A stretch of DNA of 64,000 bases from an uncultured bacterium (GTDB lineage Bacteria > Krumholzibacteriota > Krumholzibacteriia > LZORAL124-64-63): the NCBI GenBank assembly GCA_963727525.1, contig CAVSGO010000005.1:96001-160000 (forward strand), in the 5' to 3' direction. Made by a program: the position numbers and the translations under genes. The notes beneath the pieces were generated by a model. It was not told the origin of the DNA. It searched no databases and worked only from the letters and a program-made list of their open reading frames with translations. Shown piece by piece: positions 51,375 to 62,380 of this stretch. Numbering within the stretch: the first letter of the stretch is position 1; each line of letters starts with the position of its first letter.

Positions 51375-53153
51375 CACGAGGGCCATGCGTCCGACCACGC
51401 GCGCCTCGCCGGCGCTGACGACGGCGAGATACACGCCCGCGGGCACGAGCCGCCCGTCGTCGTCGCGGCCATCCCACAGCACCGTGTGAGCCCCGGCGGC
51501 CTGAGAAGCGTCCACCAGCGTCCGCACGTGGCGGCCGGCCACATCGACCACGGCCACGCGCGTATGCGCGGCGGTGGACAGCGTGTAGCGCAACGTGGTC
51601 GCGGGGTTGAACGGGTTGGGCATGTTCGGGGCCAGCGCGAGTGTCGGCGGGCGGGGCGTGTCGTCGACGCCGGTGATGCCGCAGCCCACGGGGCCGGCTC
51701 CGATGAGGTCGCATCCCTGGCTACCCGCCGGTGCGCAGGGCGACGCGAGCGCGATACCCACGTCGCCTCCGGCGAGATCGCAGAAGAGGGGATCGAGTGA
51801 GAGATTGCCGCCGACACCTGCCTGGTCGGCGATCGCGGCGACCCAGTCGCCGCCCGCATTGCCGAAGACGTCGCAGCACGAGAGCGTCGCCGCCGTCGCC
51901 GTCGGAGCGACCACGGCGGATCCCAGCACGGAGGCGGCGATGATGGTGCGCGTGAGCGTGGCCGTGCCATCCGCCCCCAGGTGCAGCCCGGCCGCGCCGT
52001 TCGCGGAATTTGCCGCGAGGGTGCAGCCGCTCAGATCGAGCGTGCAGGCGCGCCCGTACAATGCCCCGCCCCCGTTGCCGGAGGTGTTCGCCAGGAAGAT
52101 GCAGTCGGCGAGGGAGGCGTTGATGCCGCCGAGGAAGATCCCGCCGCCCGTGTCGGGTGCGGTGTTGTCCGCGAAGCGGCAGGCCGTGAATCGCAGGTCC
52201 GACACCCACCCGACGATGGCGCCGCCGCCCCAGGTCGTGGCAGTGTTCGCGGTGAATTCGCAGTTCTCGAACGCACAGTCGGAGCCCCGCGTCACCTCCA
52301 TGGCGCCGCCGGCCTTCGCCGTGTTGTCGTGCATGACGCAGTCGACCAGACGCGCACGCGACGCCTCGAGATAGATCGCGCCGCCGAAGTCTGCCGTGTT
52401 CTGCTCGAAATAGCATCGCGTGACCACGGACGAATCCAGATCGACGGAATAGAAACCGCCGGCGCCGGCACCCGTGGCGTTGCCGATGAAGGTGCAGTCG
52501 TTCACGAAGATCTGGCCCATGGTCGTGAACAACCCGCCGGCATCGCCGGGCAGCGAGTCGGAGAACGCCGTGTTGGTCGTGAACGTACAGTCGGAAACGG
52601 TGCCGCTGCTCTCGCGGCACCAGAGGCCGCCGCCCCCGGCCCAGTACGGATCGGTGGCGACGTTGTCGGTGAACGTGCTGCCCGTGACGGTGATCGCGCT
52701 CTGGTAGACGCCCACGGCGCCACCGATCGTGCAGGTGTTCTCGGTGAAGGCGCAATCGGCAATGGTGAGGGTGGAGTTGCGGGCGCGGACGGCGCCGCCC
52801 ATGTTCTCCCACCACGAGATGTTCACGATGCCCTGCGTGAAGGTGATGCCTGTCACGCTCACGTCGACGCAATCGACGACGTCGAGGACGCGGCCATTTT
52901 GCTGCGCGTCGACGGTGACACAGGCGGGATCGCCGCTCTCGCTGCGCAGGCTCACGCCTGATTTCATCACGAGTCCCGACTCCGTATACAGGCCGCACGC
53001 GACCACGACCTCGTCGCCTGCCTGGGCCGAATCGATGGCGGCCGCGATCGTCGGCGCCTCGCCGGGCACCTGCCAGGAGCGTGCCTCCGCAAGGCCCCCC
53101 ATGGCGAGAACGCCGGCCAGGACCACGGCGGATCCGACGGTCAGCATGCGCAT
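51369..53153 (-). CDS. Secreted right-handed beta-helix (GGA/FxxN repeat) protein with FlgD-Ig C-terminal domain
   Basis: VPGEAPTIAAAI; repeated CxFxxNxA...GGA; DPLFCD; MPNPFNP...WDGRDDDG. Confidence 0.88.
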   Translation of the reverse strand: MRMLTVGSAVVLAGVLAMGGLAEARSWQVPGEAPTIAAAIDSAQAGDEVVVACGLYTESGLVMKSGVSLRSESGDPACVTVDAQQNGRVLDVVDCVDVSVTGITFTQGIVNISWWENMGGAVRARNSTLTIADCAFTENTCTIGGAVGVYQSAITVTGSTFTDNVATDPYWAGGGGLWCRESSGTVSDCTFTTNTAFSDSLPGDAGGLFTTMGQIFVNDCTFIGNATGAGAGGFYSVDLDSSVVTRCYFEQNTADFGGAIYLEASRARLVDCVMHDNTAKAGGAMEVTRGSDCAFENCEFTANTATTWGGGAIVGWVSDLRFTACRFADNTAPDTGGGIFLGGINASLADCIFLANTSGNGGGALYGRACTLDLSGCTLAANSANGAAGLHLGADGTATLTRTIIAASVLGSAVVAPTATAATLSCCDVFGNAGGDWVAAIADQAGVGGNLSLDPLFCDLAGGDVGIALASPCAPAGSQGCDLIGAGPVGCGITGVDDTPRPPTLALAPNMPNPFNPATTLRYTLSTAAHTRVAVVDVAGRHVRTLVDASQAAGAHTVLWDGRDDDGRLVPAGVYLAVVSAGEARVVGRMALVK

Positions 53154-53278
53154 ACGATGTTCTCCTGGTCCGGGGCCCTCCGCCCGGAGCCCCGCTCCGG
53201 TACGCCAGATCCCCTCCATCATACCACAGATATTAATTTGACGAAAGATAAGAGTTTTTACATATCGAACATAAGCTT

Positions 53279-54574
53279 TCAACGCCGCCACACCAGACGC
53301 AGGCTGCCGTAACCCAGTGTCGTATTATCGTCTTGCTCGGTATGGCGCTCCGGCTGGTAGCTTGCGGTGGCCTCGATCGACAATCGGGAGGACAACGTCC
53401 ATGCGGCCATGAGCCACAGCTCGTAGTACGTGAGGTCGGAGTAGTCGATCAGGAAATCGGCCTCATCGGTGCCCACGGCGTGACGATACCAGCGCCGGCC
53501 CACCTCCGCCGTGAGCGAGCCGCTCAAGGCATTCCCGTTCATGTCCAGACCGCCCCGCAACCCGGCTTGATCATAGGTTTCTGGGTTGTCGCCCGCGGCG
53601 AGCCGTTCGCCGGTGACGCCGGCTTGCCATGTCGTGCCAAGGATGTCGCCCCAGCGGTATCCCAGGACGGTCTCGAGGCGCCAGGAATCGAAGTACGCCC
53701 CCTCCTCGCGATCGTAGTGCCAGAGCTCGCTGCCGACACTGCACACCGCCTGTCCGGGACCGGCCGACAGCGCCAGATCCACCTGCGACCAGTGCAGCCA
53801 GGCCGACGGTTTCACGGTGTCGTCGGCGATGCGACGGCGTTCGCTGCGATGGAACACGGTGAGATCGCCGAAGTCGCCGAGCCGGGTGCCGTCGAGTTCG
53901 ACGCCCAGCACGCGGCGGTCGATCTGCGCGGTATCCGGGTAGACACGGTGGCTCGCGCGCACGCCCAGGCTCAAGGTGCCGTCCGCATCGCCGCGCGTGC
54001 TCACGTAGGCGCCGCCGGTCTGCTCGTGGTAGCTCTGTTCCAGCGATGACGGCGTCGCGTACCCGAACCAGCTCTCCCGACCACGGACATCGACCGCGAG
54101 GCGCCGGCTCCGCCAGGGCGACAGCCGCAACTCGGCGCGGCCTTCCTGAGTGTCGCTCGTGAGACTGTAGTTACTGCCGGGACGGTACTGCCGCGCGAGC
54201 CAGTCGAGATCGGCGCGCAACAGTACGTCGCGCACGCGCATGTCGTGGCGTTCCGGCGCGAAGCGATACGATGCGCCCAGCGACTCGCGCCAGAGCTCGC
54301 TACCGCCCGACACCGCAGCCCGCAGCGACCAGCGGTGTGCCACATCGCGCGCCGAACGCCCATCCACGCCGATCGCCGCGTTGACCTCGGCGACGGTCTC
54401 CGTGGTGTCGGTGTCGGCGAGGTAGTAGGAGTTGAGATAGGCGTCGTAGCCGGTACTCGCCTGCGGGCGCCACTCCGCGGCCCGCGCAAGGCCCGTCTGA
54501 AGGGCAAGCCAGAGGGCGGCGCCTCCCCAGACCGCCGCCAGTATCGCGCCCCGTCGCCCGTTTGCCGTGCTCAC
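53279..54574 (-). CDS. Probable outer-membrane beta-barrel protein
   Basis: Signal peptide; alternating aromatic/Gly beta-strands; ends SLRLVWRR. Confidence 0.6.
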   Translation of the reverse strand: MSTANGRRGAILAAVWGGAALWLALQTGLARAAEWRPQASTGYDAYLNSYYLADTDTTETVAEVNAAIGVDGRSARDVAHRWSLRAAVSGGSELWRESLGASYRFAPERHDMRVRDVLLRADLDWLARQYRPGSNYSLTSDTQEGRAELRLSPWRSRRLAVDVRGRESWFGYATPSSLEQSYHEQTGGAYVSTRGDADGTLSLGVRASHRVYPDTAQIDRRVLGVELDGTRLGDFGDLTVFHRSERRRIADDTVKPSAWLHWSQVDLALSAGPGQAVCSVGSELWHYDREEGAYFDSWRLETVLGYRWGDILGTTWQAGVTGERLAAGDNPETYDQAGLRGGLDMNGNALSGSLTAEVGRRWYRHAVGTDEADFLIDYSDLTYYELWLMAAWTLSSRLSIEATASYQPERHTEQDDNTTLGYGSLRLVWRR

Positions 54575-55638
54575 CTGGTCAGATCATCCGCCTCGTTGAG
54601 AAGATCGAACGCCGCCCGGATCTGCCGCAGGGCCGCCTCGAGGTCGCCTTGCTCGAGGAGGCGGCTCGCATGCTCGCGATGATCGCGCGCCCTGGCCATC
54701 GCCTGAGCCGCCGCATCGGAACCGCCGTCGCGCACACGTTCGGACACGTCGCCCTGCTGCTCATCCCACCGTTCGACCAGCGCCACGACCGACTCGCGGC
54801 TGATGTCTTCGCTGGCTGTGGCAGCCGCCTGGGTCGTGAGGCGCCGCGCCAGGCGCAACGATTGCAGCGTGCGCAGGGGCTGACCGCGATCGCGAAACTC
54901 GTGAGCCTGGCCCAGCGCCTCGCGGGCGCTCTCGAGCAGATCGTCGCCCGCGGCGCCACTCCCGCCATCGGCGAGGCGCTCGGCAGTGCGATCGATGAGC
55001 ATCTGCGTACGCTCGATCTCGCTGTCGAGGCGAGCCGCGCCATTGCCTTCGAAGAGGAGACGCGCGGCGCGCCCCAGCAGGTCCTCCGCCGGCTTCAGCA
55101 AATTGAGCGCCAGCCCGAAGTTGCGCTGCTGGTACTGCTCCTGGGCCCGCTCGGCCTGCTTCTCCGACTCGCGCACGAAACGAAGCGCACGCTCGTCGTT
55201 CGCATCGCGCACGCGGTCGCGCACCTGATCGCGAAACTCCTGGTAGCGCTCGAGACGCAGCCGCGCCAGTTCCTCGGAGCCGCGCGACACGCGGGCGAGT
55301 TGCGCCGCACGTTGCGCCGCCGACCGGGCTCGTCGGGACGCCGCGAGAGCCAGCCGCAGGCGATTATCATGGAGCAGGTCCAGGGACCGGGCGTGCAGGT
55401 CGCGCGCCTGGTCGAGCACGTGGCGCGCCTGCTGGCTATCGGTATCGTGCACCAGCTCGATCGCCCAGTCGATCAGCTCGCCGGTACGGTCGATGAACGC
55501 CTGCACCTCGTCGAGCCCCGGCGCGGCCGCGCGGGCCGCGCCGCTCAGGCCCGGAACGAGCAGGAGCAGGAGCAAGACGCAGGAAGCCCGGCGAAGCACG
55601 GTGACCTGGCGTCGGGATGTCCGTTTGGTGATGTCCAT
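54571..55638 (-). CDS. Exported alpha-helical repeat protein
   Basis: Signal peptide; four similar helical units of about 75 aa. Confidence 0.7.
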   Translation of the reverse strand: MDITKRTSRRQVTVLRRASCVLLLLLLVPGLSGAARAAAPGLDEVQAFIDRTGELIDWAIELVHDTDSQQARHVLDQARDLHARSLDLLHDNRLRLALAASRRARSAAQRAAQLARVSRGSEELARLRLERYQEFRDQVRDRVRDANDERALRFVRESEKQAERAQEQYQQRNFGLALNLLKPAEDLLGRAARLLFEGNGAARLDSEIERTQMLIDRTAERLADGGSGAAGDDLLESAREALGQAHEFRDRGQPLRTLQSLRLARRLTTQAAATASEDISRESVVALVERWDEQQGDVSERVRDGGSDAAAQAMARARDHREHASRLLEQGDLEAALRQIRAAFDLLNEADDLTR

Positions 55639-55675
55639 GGCGACCTTCCCCTGTCCTGCGAACCCGACGTGGGGG

Positions 55676-55691
55676 TGCAGACGACGTGCCA
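55676..55691 (-). promoter_or_regulatory. Sigma54 -24/-12 promoter
   Basis: TGGCACGTCGTCTGCA, one mismatch to TGGCACGnnnnTTGCA, directly downstream of an NtrC-type gene. Confidence 0.75.
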
Positions 55692-55817
55692 CGTCACCTC
55701 GACCAACACAAGACACACCACCAAAACGACTTATGATCGCCGCCGCGCGCATCGCGCACCATCTGCCCCCGCCCCGTTGACCCGGCCTGTTCACCGGCGT
55801 CCCTGGAGGGACACTCG

Positions 55818-57173
55818 CTAGTCGTCGCCACCGTGCAGGAACTCGTCCTCCATGTCCAGCAGCTTGAGGCGGGAATAGAGCGTGCGCCGGGTGATGCCCA
55901 GCATCTTGCCCGCCAGCGTCTTGTTGCCGCCGGCTCGCGCGATGGCCGCCCGGATGAGGCGACGTTCGTTGTGCTCCAGGTTCAGATCGCCAGTCACCAC
56001 ATCCTCGTCGCGGCGGCCGGCGGGCGCATCGAGGCGCACGTGCTCGTCGGCCACGGGCGCGGCACCAGCCAGAATGTGCGCGCGCTCCATGAGATTGCGC
56101 AGCTCGCGCACGTTACCGGGCCAGGCGTGAGCGCGCAGGCGCTGCAACGTGGAGGCGGGCAGCCGCGTGTCGCGCCGGCCGAGGCGGGCCAGGAAGTGTT
56201 GCGCGAGCATGGCGATGTCGTCGGCGCGGTCGCGCAGGAGCGGTACATCCACGGGAAACACGAGCAGGCGATAGTAGAGGTCCTGCCGGAAAGCGCCGGC
56301 GGCGATCGCGTCCTCGAGCGGACGGTTGGTGGCCGCGCACACCCGCACGTCCACCTCACGCTCGCGGGGGTCGCCCACGCGGTTCAGGCGCCGCTCCTCG
56401 AGCACGCGCAGCAGCTTGGCCTGCACGGCCAGCCCAGCCTCGCCGATCTCGTCGAGGAAGAGCGTGCCGCCGCGGGCCGCCTCGAAGAGTCCCTCGCGAT
56501 CGCTGTCCGCCCCGGTGAAGGCCCCCTTGCGATAGCCGAAAAGCTCGCTCTCGAGCAGGGTCTCGGTGATCGCCGCGCAGTTCACCGCCACGAAGGGGCC
56601 GGCAGCCCGCGGGCTGCCGGCATGGATGGCGCGGGCCACGAGTTCCTTGCCCGTTCCGCTCTCGCCGCGGATGAGCACCGTGGCCTCGCTGGGCGCGACC
56701 TTGGCGATGAGGTCGCGCAACTCGCGCGTGGCCGGCGCCTCGCCGATGAGCCCCTGGTCGCCACCGAGATGGCGCACCGTCTCGCGCAGCGCCCGGTTCT
56801 CGCGGGTCAGGTCCGCATCGGCCAGCGCCTTGTCCACCACCAGCGCCACCTCGTCGAAGTTGATGGGTTTGGTGAGATAGTGGTAGGCCCCCAGGCGCAT
56901 GGCCTCGACGGCCGTGGCCATGTCGCCATAGGCCGTGAGCACGATGACCGCGGTCGTGGGCGACGCCTCCTTCACGCCGGCGATCACCGCCATGCCGTCC
57001 ACCGGCTCCATGCGAAGGTCGGTGAGCACCACGTCGAAGGCCTCGCGCGCGGCGAAATCGAGGGCTTCCTGGCCGCGGCTCGTACCGGTGACCGTGTGGC
57101 CACGGTACTCGAGGGCCGAGCGCAGCAGTGTCACCAGCCTCACCTCATCGTCGACTAGCAGGATCTTGGCCAC
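55818..57173 (-). CDS. Sigma54-dependent response regulator (NtrC/ZraR-like)
   Basis: [35 protein letters not shown], Fis-type HTH. Confidence 0.95.
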   Translation of the reverse strand: MAKILLVDDEVRLVTLLRSALEYRGHTVTGTSRGQEALDFAAREAFDVVLTDLRMEPVDGMAVIAGVKEASPTTAVIVLTAYGDMATAVEAMRLGAYHYLTKPINFDEVALVVDKALADADLTRENRALRETVRHLGGDQGLIGEAPATRELRDLIAKVAPSEATVLIRGESGTGKELVARAIHAGSPRAAGPFVAVNCAAITETLLESELFGYRKGAFTGADSDREGLFEAARGGTLFLDEIGEAGLAVQAKLLRVLEERRLNRVGDPREREVDVRVCAATNRPLEDAIAAGAFRQDLYYRLLVFPVDVPLLRDRADDIAMLAQHFLARLGRRDTRLPASTLQRLRAHAWPGNVRELRNLMERAHILAGAAPVADEHVRLDAPAGRRDEDVVTGDLNLEHNERRLIRAAIARAGGNKTLAGKMLGITRRTLYSRLKLLDMEDEFLHGGDD

Positions 57174-57176
57174 GGC

Positions 57177-58508
57177 TCAGGCTCCCTCGGGTGGGGGTTC
57201 GCTCGGCAACCACAGCGTGGCGACGGCGCCGGGCGGGTCGGGACGGTCGGCGAGATCGAGATCGCCCGCCGCCTCGCGCATCAGGCGCCGCGAGACGGCC
57301 AGGCCCAGTCCGCCGCCCTTCTCCTTCGACGTCCAGAACGGTTCGAACGCGTGCGACAGCGCCAGGGGCGCCATGCCGGTGCCGCGGTCGCTCACCGTGG
57401 CGATATGACGGCCGCGCTCGCTGCTCACGGCTACGGAGACCTCGCCGCCGTCGGGCATGGCGTCGCGCGCATTGAGCAGCAGATTCAGCAGCACCTGCTG
57501 TAGCCGGCGCGGATCGACACGCACCCAGGCAACGGGAAGCGAACCGAGCGCCACCGTGACGCCCGTGACCTCGAGATCGCTCGCGACCAGGCGCACCGTG
57601 CGATGTACCACGGCGCTCAGGTCCACTGTTTCCGCGACGCCGGCCGCATCGCTGCCGAAGGCGAGGTAGCCGGTGAGGATGCGATCGAGCCGGTCCACCT
57701 CCTCGGGGATGAACGTCACGGCCTCGTCGGCGATGCCGTGCTGTTCCAGCACGCGAGCGAGGTGCTGACCCGTGCCGCGGATGATGCCCAGCGGGTTGCG
57801 GATCTCGTGCGCGATGCCCGCGGTCATGCGCCCCATGGCGGCGAGACTCTCCTGTTGCAGCAGACTGGCGCGGTAGCGCGCGAGCGAGCGGTTCACGCGC
57901 AGCAGCAGCAGGCTGAGCAGGGTGAGAAACGCCACGACGGTGATGATGGTCACGAGGGCGCCGTGCCGCAGCGTGGCGAGCGAGTCGAAGAAATCGACGT
58001 TGCCCTCCACCGTGAGCACACCCGCAACGTCTCCTCGCGAGTCGAAGACCGGAGCATGGGCCGACTTCTGGTACACCGCGCCAATACGATAGAGCTTGGA
58101 CACCGCCGGAAAGCCCTCGCGCGCCTGGTCGACGGCCGGCCGGTCGAGGTCCCAGAACACGTCGCGATCGCCCCGCGCCAGCCGGCCCGAGGCCGAGATG
58201 AGCACGTAGGCGTCGGGATCGCAGAGCGAGAGCTCGGCGAGATCGTTGTCCCGCTGGATCTGCTCGAGCCGCGAGGCCAGCCAGAGGAAATCCACTGAGG
58301 GCTCAGGATCGAAGGCCCAGGCCAGCAGGCTATCGCCCTCCACCAGGTACACGGCAGTGCTCGCCACCGCCGACAGCCGTTGCCCGAGCGCCTCGTCGAG
58401 CCGCTCGCGCGAGTCCCGGTAGAGCAGCGTGAGGCCGCCCGCCACGACGGCCAGGATGCCGATGTACACGGCCGACCCCAGCACCACCCAGCGACGGTGT
58501 CCGCTCAT
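57177..58508 (-). CDS. Sensor histidine kinase
   Basis: Two TM segments; AGIAHEIRNPL; NLLLNA; DRGTG; GGGLGL. Confidence 0.93.
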   Translation of the reverse strand: MSGHRRWVVLGSAVYIGILAVVAGGLTLLYRDSRERLDEALGQRLSAVASTAVYLVEGDSLLAWAFDPEPSVDFLWLASRLEQIQRDNDLAELSLCDPDAYVLISASGRLARGDRDVFWDLDRPAVDQAREGFPAVSKLYRIGAVYQKSAHAPVFDSRGDVAGVLTVEGNVDFFDSLATLRHGALVTIITVVAFLTLLSLLLLRVNRSLARYRASLLQQESLAAMGRMTAGIAHEIRNPLGIIRGTGQHLARVLEQHGIADEAVTFIPEEVDRLDRILTGYLAFGSDAAGVAETVDLSAVVHRTVRLVASDLEVTGVTVALGSLPVAWVRVDPRRLQQVLLNLLLNARDAMPDGGEVSVAVSSERGRHIATVSDRGTGMAPLALSHAFEPFWTSKEKGGGLGLAVSRRLMREAAGDLDLADRPDPPGAVATLWLPSEPPPEGA

Positions 58509-58628
58509 GTCACGCTCTCGCAACTGCAAGCCCGCATGCCGCTCCTCGACCCGGATGATCGGACCGGCGCCATGATAGGGCATGGCCCCGGACCTGGCGA
58601 CCACGATGGCGACGCCGCGTGATGTCGC

Positions 58629-60440
58629 TCACGGCTGAGCGCCATCGAGCCGTAGCGTGAAGACCGCGATCGCGAAGTACCCATCGCGCGCGGCCCGCAC
58701 CTCCTCTCGCCGTTCCACGACGACGCCGAGCCGTTGCGCCGACTCCGGCAGGCGGGTATCCCGGCCCTGCATCGCGTACACCAGACGGGTGTCGCCGGCG
58801 CGTCGAGCACGCGCCACGAGCTCGGCCAGGTTGTTCGGCGTGTTCACGAGGTGGACCGTGCGCCCGGTGAGGACGGTCGCCGCGTTGAAGAGCATCCACC
58901 ACTGGTCCATGGCGACGCGCGGGGCCCCGCTCGCGAGCATGGCGACCTCGGCTTCGTGGTTGAAGCACTTCTTCTGCCGCATGATGTCGTAACCCCGAAC
59001 GTTCACGGCAACGGCAACGACGAGCAGCGCCACGGCCACGATCCAGGGGATCCGGCTGCGGACCCATCCCGCCAGCCCGGCCACCGCCGCAACGGCCGCG
59101 ATGGCAAGCACAGGCACGACGGTCAGGAGGTAGCGCGGACCCCAGCGAATACCGCCGTCGTTGGGCGCGAGCAGTGGCATCGCGACGGCGAAGGCGAGCG
59201 CCGCCACCAGGAGCCAGGCCAGGTCCCGCCGGCCCGCCGACACATGACACCCCGGCCAGACGAGCGCCAGCACCAGCCAAGGCGCAAAGGTGAGCAGTCC
59301 ACCGGAGGCCAGCACCGTCAGCAGTGGCGACTCGTCGCGGCGCATGGCGACCAGGTACGTCACCGTGACGGCACCGAGCACCAACGCGCCCGCGAGCGGC
59401 ACGAGGCGCAACCAGCGCCGCCATTCTGACAGCCGCCGGGCCACCAGCGCGATCAGCACGCACCCGACCACCACCAGCGCCACACCGAGGCCTGCCAGGG
59501 TCTCGCGTCCCGTGTCCTCCGCGATCAGCCGCATGACTTCAGGGCCACTGACACGGTCAGCCGGCACGGTCTGCGGAAGATTGAGCCCGAACCACGCCCG
59601 CCGCAGCCACGAGAGCCGGGTGGTGATGGGATCGTCGCCGGCCCGTGGCCCCGCCACGCTGAGATTCAGCCCCACGTGACGCAACCAGTCGCCGTAGACC
59701 GCGCGGTTGAAGAGAAGAAGTGCGACGAACGCGGCCGCGGCGCCAGTGCCCAGCAGCAGGACGTCGCGGGGACGCCGCAGCATCGCCAGACCGGTCGCGG
59801 CGAGGATGGCCGTCAGCAGCGCCACCTCGGTACGTAACCAGACCGCGAGCCCGAGGAGGAGGCCGGCCACGAGCGGCCGCCAGGCCCGTGTCGCACCGCC
59901 GAGGAAGAGCCACAGCGCCGCGAGCACCAGCGCCACCGCCGGCAAATGCTCCCAGAACGTCAATGCATAGAACCCGAGGGGCGTGGCGAGCATGGTGCCC
60001 ACCATGGCCACCGACGCCGCCGCCGGCGGCACGAAGAGCCGCGCCAGCCGGTACGTGGCCACGAGGCAGAATGCCGCGGCGAGGAGTGGCAGCAGCGAGA
60101 GCCCGGCCATGCCCGCAGACCGATAGCCGAACGTCGAGAGGAACGAGAAGGCCACGGGAAAGACCGCGTAATTCCGGCCGTCCTCGATGTACAGCGACGG
60201 CTCGAGGCGGAACGGCGAGATCCGCGAGTCGGGATCCACGTCTAGCCCCCGGTAGGGCAGCGTGACATCATGGTAGCCGCTGGCGATCAACGACTCCGTC
60301 TGCAGCAGCTTGATACCGGCGTCGCCGGAGAAGAAGGCATCGTGAGGAAGGGGTCCCCAGAGGCCGAGCAGCACCGCCATGGTCAGCAGACCGGCGACGA
60401 GGGGGCCGGCGGCCGCCCGGGAGTGATGGCTGCGTCCCAT
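58629..60440 (-). CDS. GT-C fold (ArnT/PMT-like) membrane glycosyltransferase
   Basis: FSGDAGIK loop after TM1; many TM segments; FWEH, WLRTE, WGPRYL. Confidence 0.65.
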   Translation of the reverse strand: MGRSHHSRAAAGPLVAGLLTMAVLLGLWGPLPHDAFFSGDAGIKLLQTESLIASGYHDVTLPYRGLDVDPDSRISPFRLEPSLYIEDGRNYAVFPVAFSFLSTFGYRSAGMAGLSLLPLLAAAFCLVATYRLARLFVPPAAASVAMVGTMLATPLGFYALTFWEHLPAVALVLAALWLFLGGATRAWRPLVAGLLLGLAVWLRTEVALLTAILAATGLAMLRRPRDVLLLGTGAAAAFVALLLFNRAVYGDWLRHVGLNLSVAGPRAGDDPITTRLSWLRRAWFGLNLPQTVPADRVSGPEVMRLIAEDTGRETLAGLGVALVVVGCVLIALVARRLSEWRRWLRLVPLAGALVLGAVTVTYLVAMRRDESPLLTVLASGGLLTFAPWLVLALVWPGCHVSAGRRDLAWLLVAALAFAVAMPLLAPNDGGIRWGPRYLLTVVPVLAIAAVAAVAGLAGWVRSRIPWIVAVALLVVAVAVNVRGYDIMRQKKCFNHEAEVAMLASGAPRVAMDQWWMLFNAATVLTGRTVHLVNTPNNLAELVARARRAGDTRLVYAMQGRDTRLPESAQRLGVVVERREEVRAARDGYFAIAVFTLRLDGAQP

Positions 60441-60481
60441 GGCCGCATTCTAACATGGGATCGCCGCGCACGCTCGGTCAG

Positions 60482-61432
60482 TTACGGCACCCGCACGAGA
60501 GTCGCCTGACCGGTCTCCACGGGAGGCAGACCGTCGGTGAATTGCAGGAACACCAGGCCCGAGAGGACCTCGCCCGGATGGCCGGGACCGGAGGTATCGA
60601 GCGTCACGTCGAGCGGGACGTTCACCGTGACCGGATCGGGGCGGCCGGGGACGAGCGGTCCGATGGTCTGCGCACCGGTCATCACCGTCGCGGGTAGCAG
60701 GGCGCCGCGAAATGCCACGTCGATCGTACGCGGAGAATCGGCTCCCTCCCAGATCACGTGGTCGCGCTGGTAGCCGAAGGAGACGGCTGCCGCGCCCGGC
60801 CGGAAGATGACGCCAGGGCCGCCGAATTCACCAGGTATGACACAGAATGGATCGCCGGGGTTACCCCCATCGGGGACGACGGCGGACGACGAGAGGCAGA
60901 GGGTGGCATCCTGCGTGATCTCCGTCCGTCCCTCGCCCGGTACGAGCTGGCCAATCGAGAACGTGGTCACCGTGATCTCGATCCCCGAGTCCAGCACGAT
61001 GCCACCCCTGAACTCACCCTGGGGATCCCTGCCGAGGAACTTGACCTCGAGATCGAGCCGATAGCGATTGCCGACGAGCTGATCAGGTTCGATGTCGACA
61101 ACGCCCGCGAGTCGGAGCTGCCGATCGCCGGCGTCGATCTCGATGTTGCGAAGGTCCCCCGCGCCCACGCTCGCGACCGGCTGGTCCTGCGCACCGAGCC
61201 GCAGAATGGTCACCTCCGCGCTGAGACGTCTGGGGTACGCGAGGATCGAATCCAGTTCCGCCTGTGCAAACTTGGACGAGTCGCGCGCGGGCAGGGGCGC
61301 CACGACGCTGATCGCGACGGTCGTCGACGGGTCGCCCACCGGTGCGTCGAGACTGCAGCCCGCGAGCAGCGCGACGGCACCGAGCAGGGTGATGACTGAG
61401 CCCGAATAATGACGGTGGCCGATGGCGTGCAT
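60482..61432 (-). CDS. Hypothetical lipoprotein
   Basis: Lipobox LLAGC; beta-rich sequence. Confidence 0.65.
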   Translation of the reverse strand: MHAIGHRHYSGSVITLLGAVALLAGCSLDAPVGDPSTTVAISVVAPLPARDSSKFAQAELDSILAYPRRLSAEVTILRLGAQDQPVASVGAGDLRNIEIDAGDRQLRLAGVVDIEPDQLVGNRYRLDLEVKFLGRDPQGEFRGGIVLDSGIEITVTTFSIGQLVPGEGRTEITQDATLCLSSSAVVPDGGNPGDPFCVIPGEFGGPGVIFRPGAAAVSFGYQRDHVIWEGADSPRTIDVAFRGALLPATVMTGAQTIGPLVPGRPDPVTVNVPLDVTLDTSGPGHPGEVLSGLVFLQFTDGLPPVETGQATLVRVP

Positions 61433-61441
61433 GATTCCTCG

Positions 61442-62380
61442 CTATCGCCGGAACCGGAGGTAGAATGAACCGAAGGGACCGTCCTCGGTGACGCCGCCCT
61501 CGCAGACCAGGCTCACCGTCTGACCGAACTCGAATCCGCCGCAGGCCAGGGTGCGCGTGCTCCACACGTTGATGGTGTCGTCGACACGTGGCTGCTCGGG
61601 AGCATCCGCATCGAACACGATGATCGCATCGTAACGCGAGTTCAGATGGTGCCGCCCGATACCCGCGGCCAGGTAGGGCGCCACGAATCCGAGGTCCTTG
61701 CCGACCTCGAGAAGACCGAAGTACGTGGTCTCGTCGAAGTCGAGATCGACATGGTACGGCACCGACGAGGTGGCACCTTCGACCTCGCCAGCGACGCTGA
61801 ATCGTCTCTCCACCAGGTGGTTCACGCCCAGAGACAGCGAAACCTGCGGGACGTGGCGCCCTGCCAGGAGCCCCACGCGCACTCCCGCGCCGATCATGCG
61901 CTTGAGCTTCCCCAGGTCTACGCGGTTGGCGATGTTCGCCTGGTCGCCCACCGTGAGGCCGAGGCGCAGGAGCAGGTCGAGGCTGCCGAGCACCGTCGTG
62001 CGCCCACCGTGATCGCGATACAGCAATCCGACACTGGCATCGCCATACACGGCCCCGACGCCCGCATCGATCTGGTCGGCACCTGTGGGATCGGCGGCCC
62101 GGTAGTCGGGATTCGTCACCGTGAAGCCCGCGCCACGGCCGCCGAGGGCGAGCGAGAAGTGTCCGCGGCCATGGACATCCGTGGCCACCGCGCTCGAGGG
62201 TCCGATTCCGAGCATGAGTACGCCGATCCGCGGCGTGGCGTCGGTAATCATCTCGCGCGCGAGATCCTGGGCGCGCGCCACGTAGAGCGCCAGCTCCTCC
62301 GGCGATCCCTGCGCGCCGGCTCTCTGGACACCGAGGCCGAGGATGAACACGACGAGTGGCGCGAAACGGACCGACCTCAT
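61442..62380 (-). CDS. Probable outer-membrane beta-barrel protein
   Basis: Signal peptide; amphipathic strands (APYLAAGIG); ends FYLRFRR. Confidence 0.6.
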   Translation of the reverse strand: MRSVRFAPLVVFILGLGVQRAGAQGSPEELALYVARAQDLAREMITDATPRIGVLMLGIGPSSAVATDVHGRGHFSLALGGRGAGFTVTNPDYRAADPTGADQIDAGVGAVYGDASVGLLYRDHGGRTTVLGSLDLLLRLGLTVGDQANIANRVDLGKLKRMIGAGVRVGLLAGRHVPQVSLSLGVNHLVERRFSVAGEVEGATSSVPYHVDLDFDETTYFGLLEVGKDLGFVAPYLAAGIGRHHLNSRYDAIIVFDADAPEQPRVDDTINVWSTRTLACGGFEFGQTVSLVCEGGVTEDGPFGSFYLRFRR

